DNA from: Intoshia linei
Taxonomy: Eukaryota; Animalia; Orthonectida
DNA: 64,000 nt
Direction: 5' to 3'
NCBI GenBank assembly: GCA_001642005.1
Contig: LWCA01000062.1
Location: 1-64,000, forward strand
Both the position numbers and the translations under genes were made by a program. The notes under the pieces were generated by a model, which saw only the letters and a program-made list of their open reading frames with translations, ran no database searches and was not told the DNA's origin. This document shows, piece after piece, positions 13,278 through 26,722 of the stretch (within the stretch, counting starts at the first letter, position 1; every line of letters begins with the position of its first letter).

Positions 13278-16200
13278 ATGTACAGAACAAGAAATAATGT
13301 TCCCATTTTTAGTAATGGTCAGGGAAATAGATCAATTCCAATTTATCGCGTCAATCCTCCAGTATATGCACAGCAAAATTCACAATATTCACACAAAAAA
13401 CACATTTTCCCTCAACAAGCGTACCAAAACGGTCAATATAGAGGACAAAATATAATGAATATAAATAGATTAAATCAAAATCGAATTCCCATTCCTATTC
13501 GATCAGTAAACACATATTACACACAGAATCCAAGATTGAATCAAAATGTTAGAAATGCGTATAATTCTAATAATCAACCTTATATAACTAAAAAAACTCA
13601 AATTTCGGTGCCATATAATCATAGACTTCGACAAAATTTTGTTCAAAACCCAAATTTAATGAATCGTTTTATCTGTAGACCCGATTTAAATAATCAAATG
13701 AATTTACAAAATTTGGATTCAAATTATCATAATGGTGTCAAGGAAGAAGTTATTACAATGCATTTTATTTTTGTTGAGGTAACATTTACTAGAATAAGAT
13801 AATTTTAAAAAAGTAATTGTTAGAACGATGGGAACAAAATTAGGGACTTTTGTTGTCTGAACTTGGCTCTGAAATTATTTTTCAAATTTTATCCTAGTCC
13901 CCACAGCGGCTTTTAGCAATACCCTCAGTTAAAGATGAATCCTTTAAGACTCTATTATTCTTGTTTTTTCCTCTCTCCTCTTGTAAGGTTACCCCACAGC
14001 GGCTTTTAGCATTACCCTCCGTTAAAGATGAATCCTTTAAGACTCTCTTATTCTTGTTTTTTTCTCTCTCCTCTTGTGAGGTTACCTCACAGCGGCTTTT
14101 AGCATTACCATCCGTTAAAGATGAATTCGTTAAGACTCTCTTATTCTTGTTTTTTTCTCTCTCCTTTTGTGAGTTTACCCCACAGCGGCTTTTAGCATTA
14201 TCCTTCGTTAAAGATGAATCCTTTAAGACTCTATTATTTTTGTGTTTTTCTCTTTCCTACGTCAGAGTCCCCTGTAATGATTAAAGAATAACATTTTAAA
14301 TCAATGAAATAATACTGTAGTCTGCGATAATCATCACATTATCGTTTTTTCAAAAAATTTAAAAAAATTTATAAAAATTAACTGGATAATTTAAAATTTG
14401 AGTGGATATAAATAATTAAATTTTCAGCATGCCAGTTATAATATTTTTTTTAGCTTACACCTCACACCACGTCAAAATTAACAAAATTGAAGCATGCTAC
14501 AGCAACAATTTTCCATAATAATGTAGAAAAAAATACTAAATATGCACTGAAAACTGGAAATAAATTTACTTGGAATTTCGATACTAAACTGTAAATAAAT
14601 TACAAACTTGAGATTTTCAGAGTCCTTTGATAGCATCAGTACCAAATTTTAGACACGACCATAATGTATGATTAAATTGACTTAATTTTCCGACGGTCAC
14701 CATTCGCACGTAAAATAGAAATTAATAAATATTAGTCTTACACATGGTATACACAGCTACAGGCCGAACCTACCAAGCTCCAGTTCACCCGATATAGAAA
14801 AATAGGCCTTTAAACATTAAAAAAAAATATAATATCATGTAGACCTAGTCACGTTTCCAAGTCTTTTGACTTGAAATTTTAAATTAAATACTCAGAATCG
14901 TTATGATAGGTAACATTACATTAATTAAATAATATTTGAATTATAAATAATATAATTTACTTTTTAATGATAAATAAGATATTAATTAATATAATTTTAA
15001 TTTTATTAATGATCAATTTGGAAAAATATGGCTCCTATTTTAGAGGAGTCTACACACGGTAGGTTCGGAATGAACCCTACAGGGCTGTCATTAAATAAAG
15101 AATACTGGGTCGCACATTTTTATATATATATTTTAAATTTTTGAAAATAATGGGTTTTTTGGATTGTTTACCATGAAGATGTAAAATCTGAGGAAAAAAT
15201 AGAACCAAATTGAAAATGGTACAAAATTAAAATATTAGCTCTGTGTTGGATATTTTTGTAAAATTTATTATTAATAATTTAGTGAAGCATCTCCGGGACA
15301 TGGTGAATTCGTAATTAAAGTGTACAAAGTGGTAATATTTACTTTTAACAGCATATCATCGTTATGATTATCATCATTGATGAGCATATGACTTCTTGCA
15401 ACATTTATAGAACATTTGGAATGGTATAAATTTATAATTTTTCGTTTAACCAGTAAACAAAATCTAAATCAAATATAAATATTAAGTGTCAATTCCTGTT
15501 TGATTTATATTTTTTGTGATAAAAATCAATCAAACGTCATTAAAGTTTCATTGTTTATTTAGCATAAACCTTGAGAGTAAAATGTTGATAAAATAAAAAT
15601 TTAGATTTATTTATAGAGAACTCTTTAAGAAATAAAGAAATATTCAATACTAAGAAAACCTAAATTCAATTTTTAATAATTAGAAGTCATATTATTACGA
15701 TTTTTAATAAATTTTTTTTGTAATATTTCCTGGTAATTTTAATTTAATAGTCCGTTATAAATTTTATAATTTATTACAGGTTCGCCACGACAAAAGTGTG
15801 GGATCCCTGGCTTATAACTTAAGACTTATACTGTAATGCACTAATAATAAGTTTTGGACATTTTTTACTATTATAACTTTATAAAATACTAATTATATTT
15901 TTAATGGACGTAATATTCATAAAATGATACTCGTAGTAATTTTCTGATTAATTTGTAAAATCTTGACTTTTTGGTCTTATATTTGCTTTTGAACTATATT
16001 TTTTAATGTTGCGGCCCGTGAAATTTGTAAAATTTATTTTGTGGCATTCAGTCGCCATATGTTTGGAAGACCCGGTTATATAATATGAGGTTTCTGATAT
16101 TTTTATTCTTAACTCACCCGTCCGTTTTTCTCCTTCGTCTCCGCGGAAGGTCTCTAATGTAACTTTTAATGGCTATTAATATTTATTATTATTAATGTTA

Positions 16201-18957
16201 TTTATGAAAACTTTAAAACGTATTTAAATTTCTAGAAAACATTGTACTGTTAGTAAATAATAAATTTAGAAGAATAAATCACTCAAGTATGTCGGATGTG
16301 GTAAATTGGAAAATTCAATTCAATTTAAAAATATCAAAACCCCAGTTTTTTTAAATTTAAATTTTGAAGATGAAACTGGGAAGCATACAGGAATGTTTGA
16401 AATTAATATAAGTGTAATTCATTTATTTTATATTTTTCAATGTACAGAAAGGAATCATCAATACTGATACCGGCCAAACATACAGTTGAGCGACATAATC
16501 ATCGATTTTGTTAATTAATATAAATATTTATTTTTAGACAATATTTTTGTGGTTTCTTTAATGACGATGACCAACATTTTGTAGAGTTTTTAAGGAAATA
16601 TTTTTTCTACCATTTTTTTACGATTTTGAAAATAATTTTGGTATTAAAATTTTGTAGTGTTTTTAATGGAAGTTTTTTTTGACTCAATTTTTAAAGATTT
16701 TGAAGACAATTTTGGGACCAAAATTTTGTAGGGTTTTGAAAGGAATATTTTAAACATTTTATGGGATCTTTAAAAATTGTGTAAAAAAAATTTCTTTTCA
16801 AAACTTTGGTCCCAAATTTATCAATATAAGTTAATAAAAAAAATACTAAAATATAAATAAAAAAACCCATTAAAATTTCGTGAAAAAATCAAAGATAACA
16901 ATTTAAATAATGTAAATAGCCATAATTCGAGAAATTAAATCGTTAATAAAATCCAAAAAAATTGAGATAGAAACAAATTTTTATAAATAAACAGTATAAC
17001 TAAACATGTAGAACAATATTATGAGGTGGGTACCACGTTTAAAATCTCAAACGCCAATTTCCGTTAAAATAAAGTTCCGTTTTAATTTTGTAATATATAG
17101 TATATATATAGAAAACTTAAAATGGTCAGGCTATCTTTAATAATCGTTGAAATGCATTAATGTTTTGGAAATATCATTTTTTTTGAGACACATTTAAATT
17201 ACAGTTTTCCGATAGTGATTTTTAATTGCAAAATTCATTTTCTAAGGTTGAGTCCTTCATGGAGAAAAACCGAACCCCCTTTTATTAAAAATTAATTGAT
17301 CTAGTTAAAAAAATTAATTAAAATTTAATAAGCCGCCCTAGTGATAGCTAGCAGCTGTTTGTACGAAGTGCATAACAGTCAAGCAAGTCTACTATACAAA
17401 TCTAATTTTATAAAAGTATACTTATGATGACAGTAAATTTTACGACATAATTGCATATATATTATTTTTAGGTAAATTACCAAAAATTAAGAGTTGAAAA
17501 AATAAAAGAAATTGATTCACCAATATTAGATAATCAAATAAAATCCAATAAAAAAAAAAAGAAAGTGTGTGATAACATTGAAAAAGCCGAAAGTAAAATT
17601 AAAAAATTGAATTTGAATGTCACTTCAGACGAAAATGAAAAACCACTTCATTGTGAAAATGAAAATGAAATTCAAAATGATACGAATTTTAATTTAATTT
17701 TTAATGATCAAGATGATGAATTGACACTAATAAATCACGAAAAAGAAGAAACAGAGACAGAAAAAGCAAACAGATTGTTGGAAGAATGTAGTGCTAAGGA
17801 TGTTGACGCTGACAATGATAGTTACAACGAGGACATACAAGAGGTATTCTTATGTATTAAATCGACATAAACATCAAAATAATTAAGAAATTAAAAACCT
17901 ACTTTTCGTGGCTTTAGCCAAAAACCTTACCATAGTGTGACCATGTTTTATACGTACAAAGTATTAGATGTAAATTACAAAAGAAATTAAAAGCCAATAA
18001 ATCTTAGATTGTTTACTTAAATAATTAACTATCCCACAGGCTTTCGCGATCGATTTAATAACTTATTGATTTTGGTATGTAATCCACAGTGGCTTTTAGC
18101 ATTACCCTCCGTTAAAGATGAATCTCTTAAGACTTTATTATTCTTGTTTTTTCTCTTTACTTTTTATACAAATACGTACGATGGATCATATCAATAAATA
18201 ATAAAATCGCAAAAATTGTCACTGTCGCAAAAACTAATTATTTAAGTATACCATATAAAATATATTGGCTTCTAATTTCCTCTGTAATTTAGCCTTAACA
18301 CATTAAAGTACCTAGAAATAATACATTAGTGCAAAAACGACTTGTGGTGTAATAAATACACTGCAACTACACAGCTTGTTTTAAATTTTACAACCTTAAC
18401 AATTAAATCTTATTTTAAAATGGAGAATATTCCTCAAAGGGTTAAGAACGTTAGATCTGCCCTTCTCAAAAAATATAGGTGGGTGGAAGGCATCACAGGA
18501 GTAAGTAAATGTTTTTTAACATGTAATGTGAATACACAACTTTGAAAAATTCAATCCTATATTTTTGCGTTAAAAGAATGTATAAATAGTATGGATAGAA
18601 TATAGTAATTACATATGATCCGAGACATAAAAAAACACATAGGTAAATAAATATTATTTTTAATACAGCAATAATAATACTTATAGGACCACCTTGAAAG
18701 TGGAACCGAGAATTATGGCATAGATTCAGATCTAGAATCTGAAATTAGTGAACATTTGTCAGGTAATAAATTTAATATGGGAAAGAATTTTAAAATGTAA
18801 TTAATATTCACCAAAAATTATAGAATTCCAACAAAAAATAAACGGCTTAAAATCAAAATTCCCTAACCTTGATAGAATTACCCTTGAAACTGCACTAGAG
18901 GATAATCGAAACAATGTCGATGAAACTATTGACATGTTGAAACAATTTGAATTGTAA
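13278..18957 (+). CDS. Divergent TOLLIP-like protein (N/Q-rich N-terminus, C2-like domain, acidic linker, C-terminal CUE domain)
   Basis: Phase-compatible exons 13278-13778, 14454-14590, 15283-15331, 16270-16413, 17472-17843, 18824-18957. The segment ..KFTWNFDTKL|EASPGHGEFVIKVYKV|..GKHTGMFEINIS parallels the TOLLIP C2 domain. The last exon LKSKFPNLDRITLETALEDNRNNVDETIDML fits the CUE pattern. Possible extra exons at 18420-18762 are unresolved. Confidence 0.6.
13899..14260. repeat. 87-bp tandem repeat, about 4 copies (a single extra copy at about 18083-18160)
   Basis: Unit CCCCACAGCGGCTTTTAGCATTACCCTCCGTTAAAGATGAATCCTTTAAGACTCT..GGTTA repeated head to tail. Confidence 0.9.
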
Positions 18958-20773
18958 TTTATACTTTTTTTTAATAAATTCTATTTTCATGATATAGTTT
19001 GTTTTTGGTTTATATTATATATTCTCCCATTTTCGCGGAACAACACACTTTCAAACATAAGATTTTAAACATACCAAAATTATTTTTATTGACTTCATGT
19101 CATGTTTATGTGTTAAACTACAGTTAAATACAAATAAAATTCTTATAATTTTAGTAAAAGTGTATTCCATCATTTTTTATTTACGAATTGCACAATGCTG
19201 TTTTTATTCCAATTTATTTAAATAGTTTACAAAATGTTGAGTATTAAATTGTAGTATGCATTTTGACTGGGAAGATATAAATTTATGATAGTACATTTCC
19301 TGAAAAACATTATCTTAGAATTGGTTTTTTAAATAGTGTGTAACACAGAGATAAAAATACTATTTTATTTAAATAATGACATACAATAAAAAAAGTAAAA
19401 CAGCATTTATTCAAATAGTATTTTTAATTCAATTTTAAAATCATTAAGTTTACTATTCTTTAACATCAAGACTGGATTAAAAATTGTTAAAGTCAAAAAT
19501 TTTGGGTATTTAGATGTATTTTTTAATTACTCTGAAATAAATAATGAATGCACATTACATGTTAACCAGTTGACATTTTCGATGCAACAGTTTCACCAAA
19601 TATTGGGAATATATGCACAGCAATTTCATAAAACTAATTCAAAAAACATGGTATGTGAATATTCATGTTGATGTAAAATCATGAATCAAAAATATTTGTA
19701 TTCATCAGTAGTCACTTTATCAGTTTTTCATTTCATGAGATTTTCGTCTCATCAGAATTAATCATATTAATGATTTATTAATAATATTGTAAATAATGAA
19801 ATTAAAAATTTGATACAAACAACAAAAATATTTTAGTTTTTTTGAAAAGAATGTTATCTTAGATACCATTTTTAAAATTTATTTCAAAAATACTAAAAAA
19901 ACCCGTTAGAATTTGGTTAAAAAAATTACCAAATAACACACTTTAAATGATTAAAGTTAATATTTAGGAAATCGAAACTGAAAATAAATATGCTGAAATT
20001 TAAAATAAAATGGGCGTGTTTTTAAATACTGTTCATATTACAACTTCCCGCATATGTGTAGCTTTGCAATTTTGTCAATTTGAAGTCTCCACGCATATGT
20101 GGAGTTTTAAATATTTTAGATTTTAAAACTACATATATATTTATCTTATATATCTTAACTTATATAATATGCTACGCGATTTTTGTTGTGTGTTTGTGTC
20201 TGTGTGTATGACTTTAATAAAATAACTAGCTGTCTTAAAATTTTTTAAAGACCACATTTCAATTACAGTTTTTGCCAGGGCGTATAATAAAATAAATTTT
20301 AACCTCCCAATTTTACATCTTACGGGTCAAAAACCCCAGTTGTCCCTCTTTTTGAGAATCAAACAAGTTAAAGAATTTAAAAAAATATATACGCTGATGC
20401 GGATGTTAAAATCATAAACATTATCATAAATCTAAATTTAAAAATTATATCTTCAATGCCAAAATCCCAAATTACCCTTCTTTTTTAATGAAAACAGCCC
20501 TAGAATTAAAAAAATTTACAGGTGGTACAGTTGTATCCTGTTAACACCCAAAAAAATTTAATTCCAATAAGTGACGATTTCACGGTCAAAAAAGCATTTT
20601 AGTATTTATATATTTTTTTTCTGAAATATTTTATTAAAACAAAAAGTGTGAAATAATTAATGTCCGTAAATTAAAAAAAGATTATTTTAATAGAGCTTAT
20701 TCCAGTTAATATAAATACAAAATTTCAACTCCAGAAATCTACGCATTCCCAGTGAAAAATAATTTTTAATATA

Positions 20774-21706
20774 CAGTCAACCCTCTACTAAGTGAACATT
20801 TGAGACTCGAATATTTGAGTGTTTGTGATTGTAGAAATGGTGAACAAAAAATTTATTTACATAGTAACCGTAAAATTAAAATTGATTCAATATCAATTCA
20901 TTTTTTTCTTTCTTTAGTAGAACCAAAGTAATTAGTTATTTTTGATGATCTGGCCAATTTTTCAGACTTTATTTCCTGCATTAAAGTCCATACACTGGAT
21001 AATTTTAATGATATGTCTTGATAAAAACTTGTGCAACCATCCATTTGAAGTTTTAAAATTATCCACATTAAATTGGTCGGTTAATTGAAAAGCTTTATAC
21101 TGCAATATATCACCACTAATGGTTATATTCCTGGTTCTTTGCCTTTGAACCATTCGTATAATATCGAATCAATTTGGTGTTTTTTTAAGAACAGGTTTTC
21201 TCTTTTGGCTCACATTTTCATTATCATTCAAAATTCGTTCACGATTTAATAATAATTTATTTACAAAGCCTAAAAATAAATAATAAGAGTACAGCTAAAG
21301 AGCATATTATGGATTATTATACAAATATTAATTAAATAACTAACCTAAAGATACATTGTGTTTTGATGCAAGAAAACGTAGTGTACTACCTTTGTATTCA
21401 TCAAAAAATCGAATTAGTTATTTCTTTGTAGATGCAGCTAAATCTTTAAATTATATTAATTTTTTTTTTTAAATTTTCTTTGTTCATTTTGCAGAAATAA
21501 AAAATTTTCAAAAAGCACGTTTTGTATACAATAATTGTGAATAACAATTATAACTTCACTTTACTTTGGATAAATCATGTTCATCATTTACTTAGTAGAA
21601 TGTTCCCGATTCATTAACTTTTTTAATAATAAACTATAACACATTTTTTTTTTCATTATTGGAGAAGTTCACGTTATAGAGAGTTCATCTTATAGAGGGT
21701 TGCATG
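20774..21706 (-). mobile_element. pogo/Tigger relic nested in the Helitron
   Basis: TIR CAGTCAACCCTCTA / TAGAGGGTTGCATG and TA TSD (other Helitron copies have the empty site TAATATATTATC). Decayed CENP-B-type HTH: ISGDILQYKA..FKTSNGWLHKF..RH. Confidence 0.88.
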
Positions 21707-21983
21707 TATTATTACCAATATTTTTTTCATTGCTACGCAATTTTTAAATTTTAAATTCTCATTTTGAAAACATTTTTAGTGATAACATTAAAATTTAAAT
21801 AAGACACTACAACAACGAAACTAAAATTTTGTTAATATCATTTTTATGTTACAATCCTTTGCAATAATATTAAATTTGACTGAAATGTTTATAAAGTGAA
21901 GATTCGGTTAATTATTAATACACAATTAGTATTTTTAAGTATTTATTAAATTGGTACTGAATATACAAAATGTATGTCATCAC

Positions 21984-22244
21984 TAGCCATTCATAGAGGA
22001 TAATGACTAGGTTACGCAAGATTTTTAGGATGCTCTTAAAGAAGTTTGCATCATTGTGAATTACATAATGGTGTTTATTTGTTTACATTTTATTTTAAAT
22101 TATATGAAATGTACTCAATTGTATGTAGTTGCTTAACGATTTCAGAGCATCCGACTTGTAAGTTATTTAAAATTATATGAAATGTAAACAATTGTTATGT
22201 ATTGTTGCTTAACGACTTCAGAGCATCCGATTTGAATGGCTCTA
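21984..22244. mobile_element. hAT MITE nested in the Helitron
   Basis: TIR TAGCCATTCA / TGAATGGCTCTA, perfect 8-bp TSD GTCATCAC, and an internal tandem duplication of about 75 bp. Confidence 0.8.
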
Positions 22245-24299
22245 GTCATCACATTGAAAATGATAAAATAGGTTTTTATAATTTTATTTTTTCTGGAATT
22301 TATGCTATATATGACAATTTTTAGGATTTGACTGTTTTTATTTTATTTTTAATATTATACACACATTCTCTCTAATAAATTAAAAAAATGGGATAACAAT
22401 TTTTTTTAAAATTCTTTACGCCAATGTTAACAAACAAAAAATTAAGATGAAATAATTCACTTTATAGTAAAAATTAATGTGATATGATGGTTCCACCTGA
22501 CACAAATTTGGGAACCACTTTTTTAAAGGATTGATAATAGTGAATAGTAGGATTTTAAAGTTAAATTTTCAACGCAAATTTATTTTTTTTGTATAATAAA
22601 AATGTGCCCTCGGCAGAGTTAAGTGCTGTTTGTACGTAGTACATAACAGTCAACCTAGTTTTATTTATATTATCTACTATATTTCCACATTAACCCCGTT
22701 GAAAATGGTTGATGTATAGTATTTCGTCATGTTTTATTCAAAAACTCATAATAAAAATAAATACGGCCATTTAATGGCTTTTATTTAAAAAATTAGATTC
22801 CGCTATCAAGTGTGCTACTATGGGAAAATTCCATATTAATTGAAAATTACTAAATTCCGTTAATAAAAACTTATACTGTAATACTGAATTTATTACATTT
22901 AAACTGACATTGCAATATTAATATATGGTAGTATTCTTTGGAGAAATGACTTTTAAATACAAAAATATATAAAAATTGAAACAGGAGACAAATAATATTT
23001 ATATCATATTGGTAATTAATCCTGTTAGCTCAGTGAACCTGAGGTAACCTGATTTAACCTTTAAGATAAAAGTAATATAGCGAAATTTTTCCGTTGTTGT
23101 TATTTTTAACAATTAAACTAAAAATATGATAAAATTTATTACATCAAATAGTATCTAGAAATTGGAATACATTTTTGAAATGTATAAATGTTAGATTTAT
23201 ATTTAGTAATTTACATTTTTTAAATTGATGTTTTGCCAAGATTTTGTTAGTACAGGTTAATATAAATAATCAAATGTGAAATCGATATAGGTAAATTTTA
23301 TATCGTAAAGTATTATATGCATTATCGCTTATATATCTCGAAATGTGTTTATTATAAGGCCATAAAATTTTTATATTTTTTCTATATACATTAGTACATA
23401 CAGCATACAATGTATGCTGCATACATATGTATATTAGTACGGCAATTAGAAATTATATCAATAATGGTAAAATATTTTTGGTGGTTTCGTTTGATACATC
23501 AATACACGATAAGAGTATCAAAACAGAACAATAAAGTAAAATGTACAATTGTTCAAAGGCAACATACATTTAAATATAAACATAAATGTATATATTTAAC
23601 AAATTACTTTCTTTTGTAGGCCACCCCGCATCACTTGTTTGGTACGACGTGTCAATGGAAACCTTTCCAAAAATTATAATGGCGCAGAGTTACCAGACAT
23701 AAACTTATTACTGTTTATGTTGAAACCTGTGTTTTTGATGTATACAGTTCTTTTTTTGTAGAAATAATACCATAAATTAATCATAAATCTAGTTCCAATT
23801 TGAAGATAAAAGACATTTTAATTATAATTCGTCTAATTCCGCTTACGGTAAATTATATATAAAAAATGAAAGAAATTATAAATTTGTGCAAATATCAAAA
23901 TTATAACATTCTGATTAAAATATTTAGTAAAAGTAATAAAAAATTAATTGCAAAATAAAAATATAACAATATTATAACGGAAGTGAGGTATGACGGGGGA
24001 TGAAACAAATATATGTTGAGAACAACTGGTTTAAAGAATAAATATTATTTTACCATTTTATAATACATATCTGATTTTGTAGTTCATATCTGAGTGCACA
24101 ACAATAAATAAATAATAAAATAATCTAAATATTAAATAACTTATCATTAAAAATTTATAACTCTGATCTAATCGTTATCATGTATGTTGACATTTTGACA
24201 AACATTATCATGACATTACATTTTTTTAAAATTTCATTTCAGTCCGCCTTTGTTTTTCACAAAAAATTTCAATCTGAATAAATTAAACTTCAATTTCTC

Positions 24300-24462
24300 T
24301 AAAAACACCTTTAAAAATATGGTTAAAAAAAATTCCCCCTAAAACCCCCTCAAAATATGATAAAAAAAATTCCTAAAAACCCACTTGAAAATATGGTAAA
24401 AAAAATTACCTAAAAATCCCTTTGAAATATGGTAAAAAAATTACCCTAAAAAACCATTATAA
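24300..24462. repeat. Degenerate tandem repeat of about 35-40 bp
   Basis: Recurrent CCTAAAAACCC..AAATATGGTAAAAAAAATT; related inverted arrays at about 16580-16780. Confidence 0.55.
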
Positions 24463-24661
24463 AATTTGTTTGTTGTTTGGAAATTAGGAATAAAAGTATA
24501 GCCAGTTGTGATCACAACAGAGTAAGGGAGTATTTGATAAATGTATATCTAATAATAATGATAAATACATATCTAAGACATATTTTTATTATAAAAGTGT
24601 TGTTTGACCTTGAAGACATCACTTAGTGAAATCAAATTGAGGTAATATCTGGCGATAACTG

Positions 24662-25158
24662 CAGAGCCGTCTTAAGCCACTTCATGGCTCTGGGCTAAGC
24701 AAAGGGCCGGATGCCCTTTAAAGTTTTGAACGAAGCAAAAAAGTATTTCAAGCGCAGCGATAAAAAAATTTTAGGGCCCATTTTTTAAAAATTAATAAGT
24801 GATCATCAAAGATTTACTACTTTCTTTTTTGAATATTCACTTAATAGAATGGTTTTAATGTTTAATATTATCATTTGAAACAGTTTTCATGTCAATATTA
24901 TATGATGAACATTGTAGAATATATTTTAAATTGAATATTTACCAGAACTTTGATTCTTTAAACTATTTTCTTTCTATCTATTTGAATTCTTACACTTCAA
25001 AACTTATAAACTATTCTTAAGATATAAATGAAGTATTTTTTAATAAATTAGGCTTCTTTTTAAGATATAAGTGTGAAGTACTTTTATTAATTAGGGGCCT
25101 TTTTTAATGAGTGACCCTGGGCTACAGCCTATATTGCCCATGTCTTAGAACGGCTCTG
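24662..25158. mobile_element. hAT MITE
   Basis: TIR CAGAGCCGT / ACGGCTCTG; perfect TSD GATAACTG. Confidence 0.88.
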
Positions 25159-25459
25159 GATAACTGTATGAACTGTAATTTTTTAAAAAAAGGGTGTTTT
25201 GGGGTTTATACCCTAAAGATATATTTTGTAAATTCTAAAACTCGTTTGATTTTCAATAAAAAGTATAATTTGGGTTTTGGGTTTTAACCGGTAAGATGTG
25301 AGTTTCTGAGATTGAAATAGATCTCACTTTCACATCTAAAAAAAACTGTAATAGAAATATGGAATTGTTAAATTTCTAAGACTCTTAGTTATTGAAATAA
25401 ACGATAACACACTCAGAAAAACGAACAAATAGTTTTATAAGTAAAGATATAGTATATAC

Positions 25460-25953
25460 CAGGGGTGCCCAACCTTTTTTTAATGAGATCAACTTTTAAA
25501 TTTTTCATTGAGTGGTGATCGACTAATACATTGACTAGAAAAAAGTTTCTGATCGGAACCTATGTTAAAAATTAAAAAGTAAATCGTAGAAAATTATAAT
25601 ATTAAGCAATTTTGCAATATATTTCAACATTATAGGCAAAACCTATTATAAAGCAATAGTGGATTAATCAAAATGTTATAATTTAAGGTAGCAACTATAT
25701 CATTTAATAATATTGCTAGAGAAGTGGTTAAATAAGTAAAGATCCGGTACTCACTCCACATATAGTAAACTAGTTTTTAACAATATATATTACAATTAAA
25801 TTTTATAAATATTAAAATATATTGTTTTAAAATAGGGGTCATTTTAAACATTAAATATTCAAAGTATTACTAAAATAAAAAAATTAATTCTAATTTATAA
25901 ATTTTGGCGATCAACTATAAAATCATCTGCGACGGACAGGTTGGTCATCTTTG
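25460..25953. mobile_element. Degenerate hAT-like MITE
   Basis: CAGGGGTGCCCAACCT / AGGTTGGTCATCTTTG ends; TSD not preserved; a related right end lies at about 31900-31950. Confidence 0.55.
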
Positions 25954-26722
25954 ATAAATAAGAAAATAAATAATAAGGAAATGAAAATACAACTTTATTT
26001 AATGGAATCTTACCATCGAGTATGCTAGTTATGATTTCACTTTTTATCTTTAAATTCAATTCTACTTAGTTTAATTTTAATATATACAGTTATGGCCAAA
26101 AAAAACGCATATAGCTATATGTATATAATCGAATCAATTAATTAAAAAAAAAATTAACTCACTTATTAATTCGCATTAGACATTTTTATGTACACAATTT
26201 ACTTTTTTTGAATNATGAAATTTACATTATAAGCCAAAATATATACTATACGAAAAGAAATTTGAGTTAATTTTATAAATTTTTAGATTTTAAATTTTTT
26301 GTATTTTTAGTATAATTTTATATTTTTATCGTTTTTAAATCCCCCTTAAAAGTTTGATTCAAAAAAAATCTTAAACAACCACTCTTGAAAGTTTGGTTCA
26401 AAAAAAAATTACTAAAACCCAAAATTAAAATAAAATATAAATGAAGTTTTATACATTCTACGACTTGCCCATATAATGTGTATATTTCACAGTTTTACAC
26501 ATTCTATACCAGTGTTTCCCAAATGGGGGCTTGGCCCCACCAGGGGGCCTATAGAGATTGAGGGGGCCGCAGATTTAAGAAAAATTTTAAAATTAAATTA
26601 GAATCGTTAACATTAATTTGATTTAGTATTTGATATTTAATTAATATATTCTTAAAATTTGGATTAATTGTGAATTATAATAAATTTAAAAATTATTAAC
26701 CTTTATGTGACAATAACATGTA

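Larger units (their letters stand above)
20153..22658 (+). mobile_element. Full-length non-autonomous Helitron carrying two nested insertions
   Basis: Begins A|TCTTAACTTATATAATATGCTACGC..GT-rich tract and ends with hairpin CTGTTTGTAC-GTA-GTACATAACAG then CTAG|T; no TSD; many partial copies in the window. Confidence 0.85.

Noticed and set aside
13899-14260. CRISPR-like look of the regular repeat
   Set aside because: Units are head to tail with no unique spacers, there are no cas genes, and the context is a eukaryotic intron.
23620-23702. GC-elevated segment after a good acceptor (GHPASLVWYDVSMETFPK..)
   Set aside because: It could be an exon, but I could not link it to other exons or to a family.
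26087-26214. Second Tc1 left end
   Set aside because: It stops at an N; probably a contig end collapsed on the repeat rather than a distinct structure.
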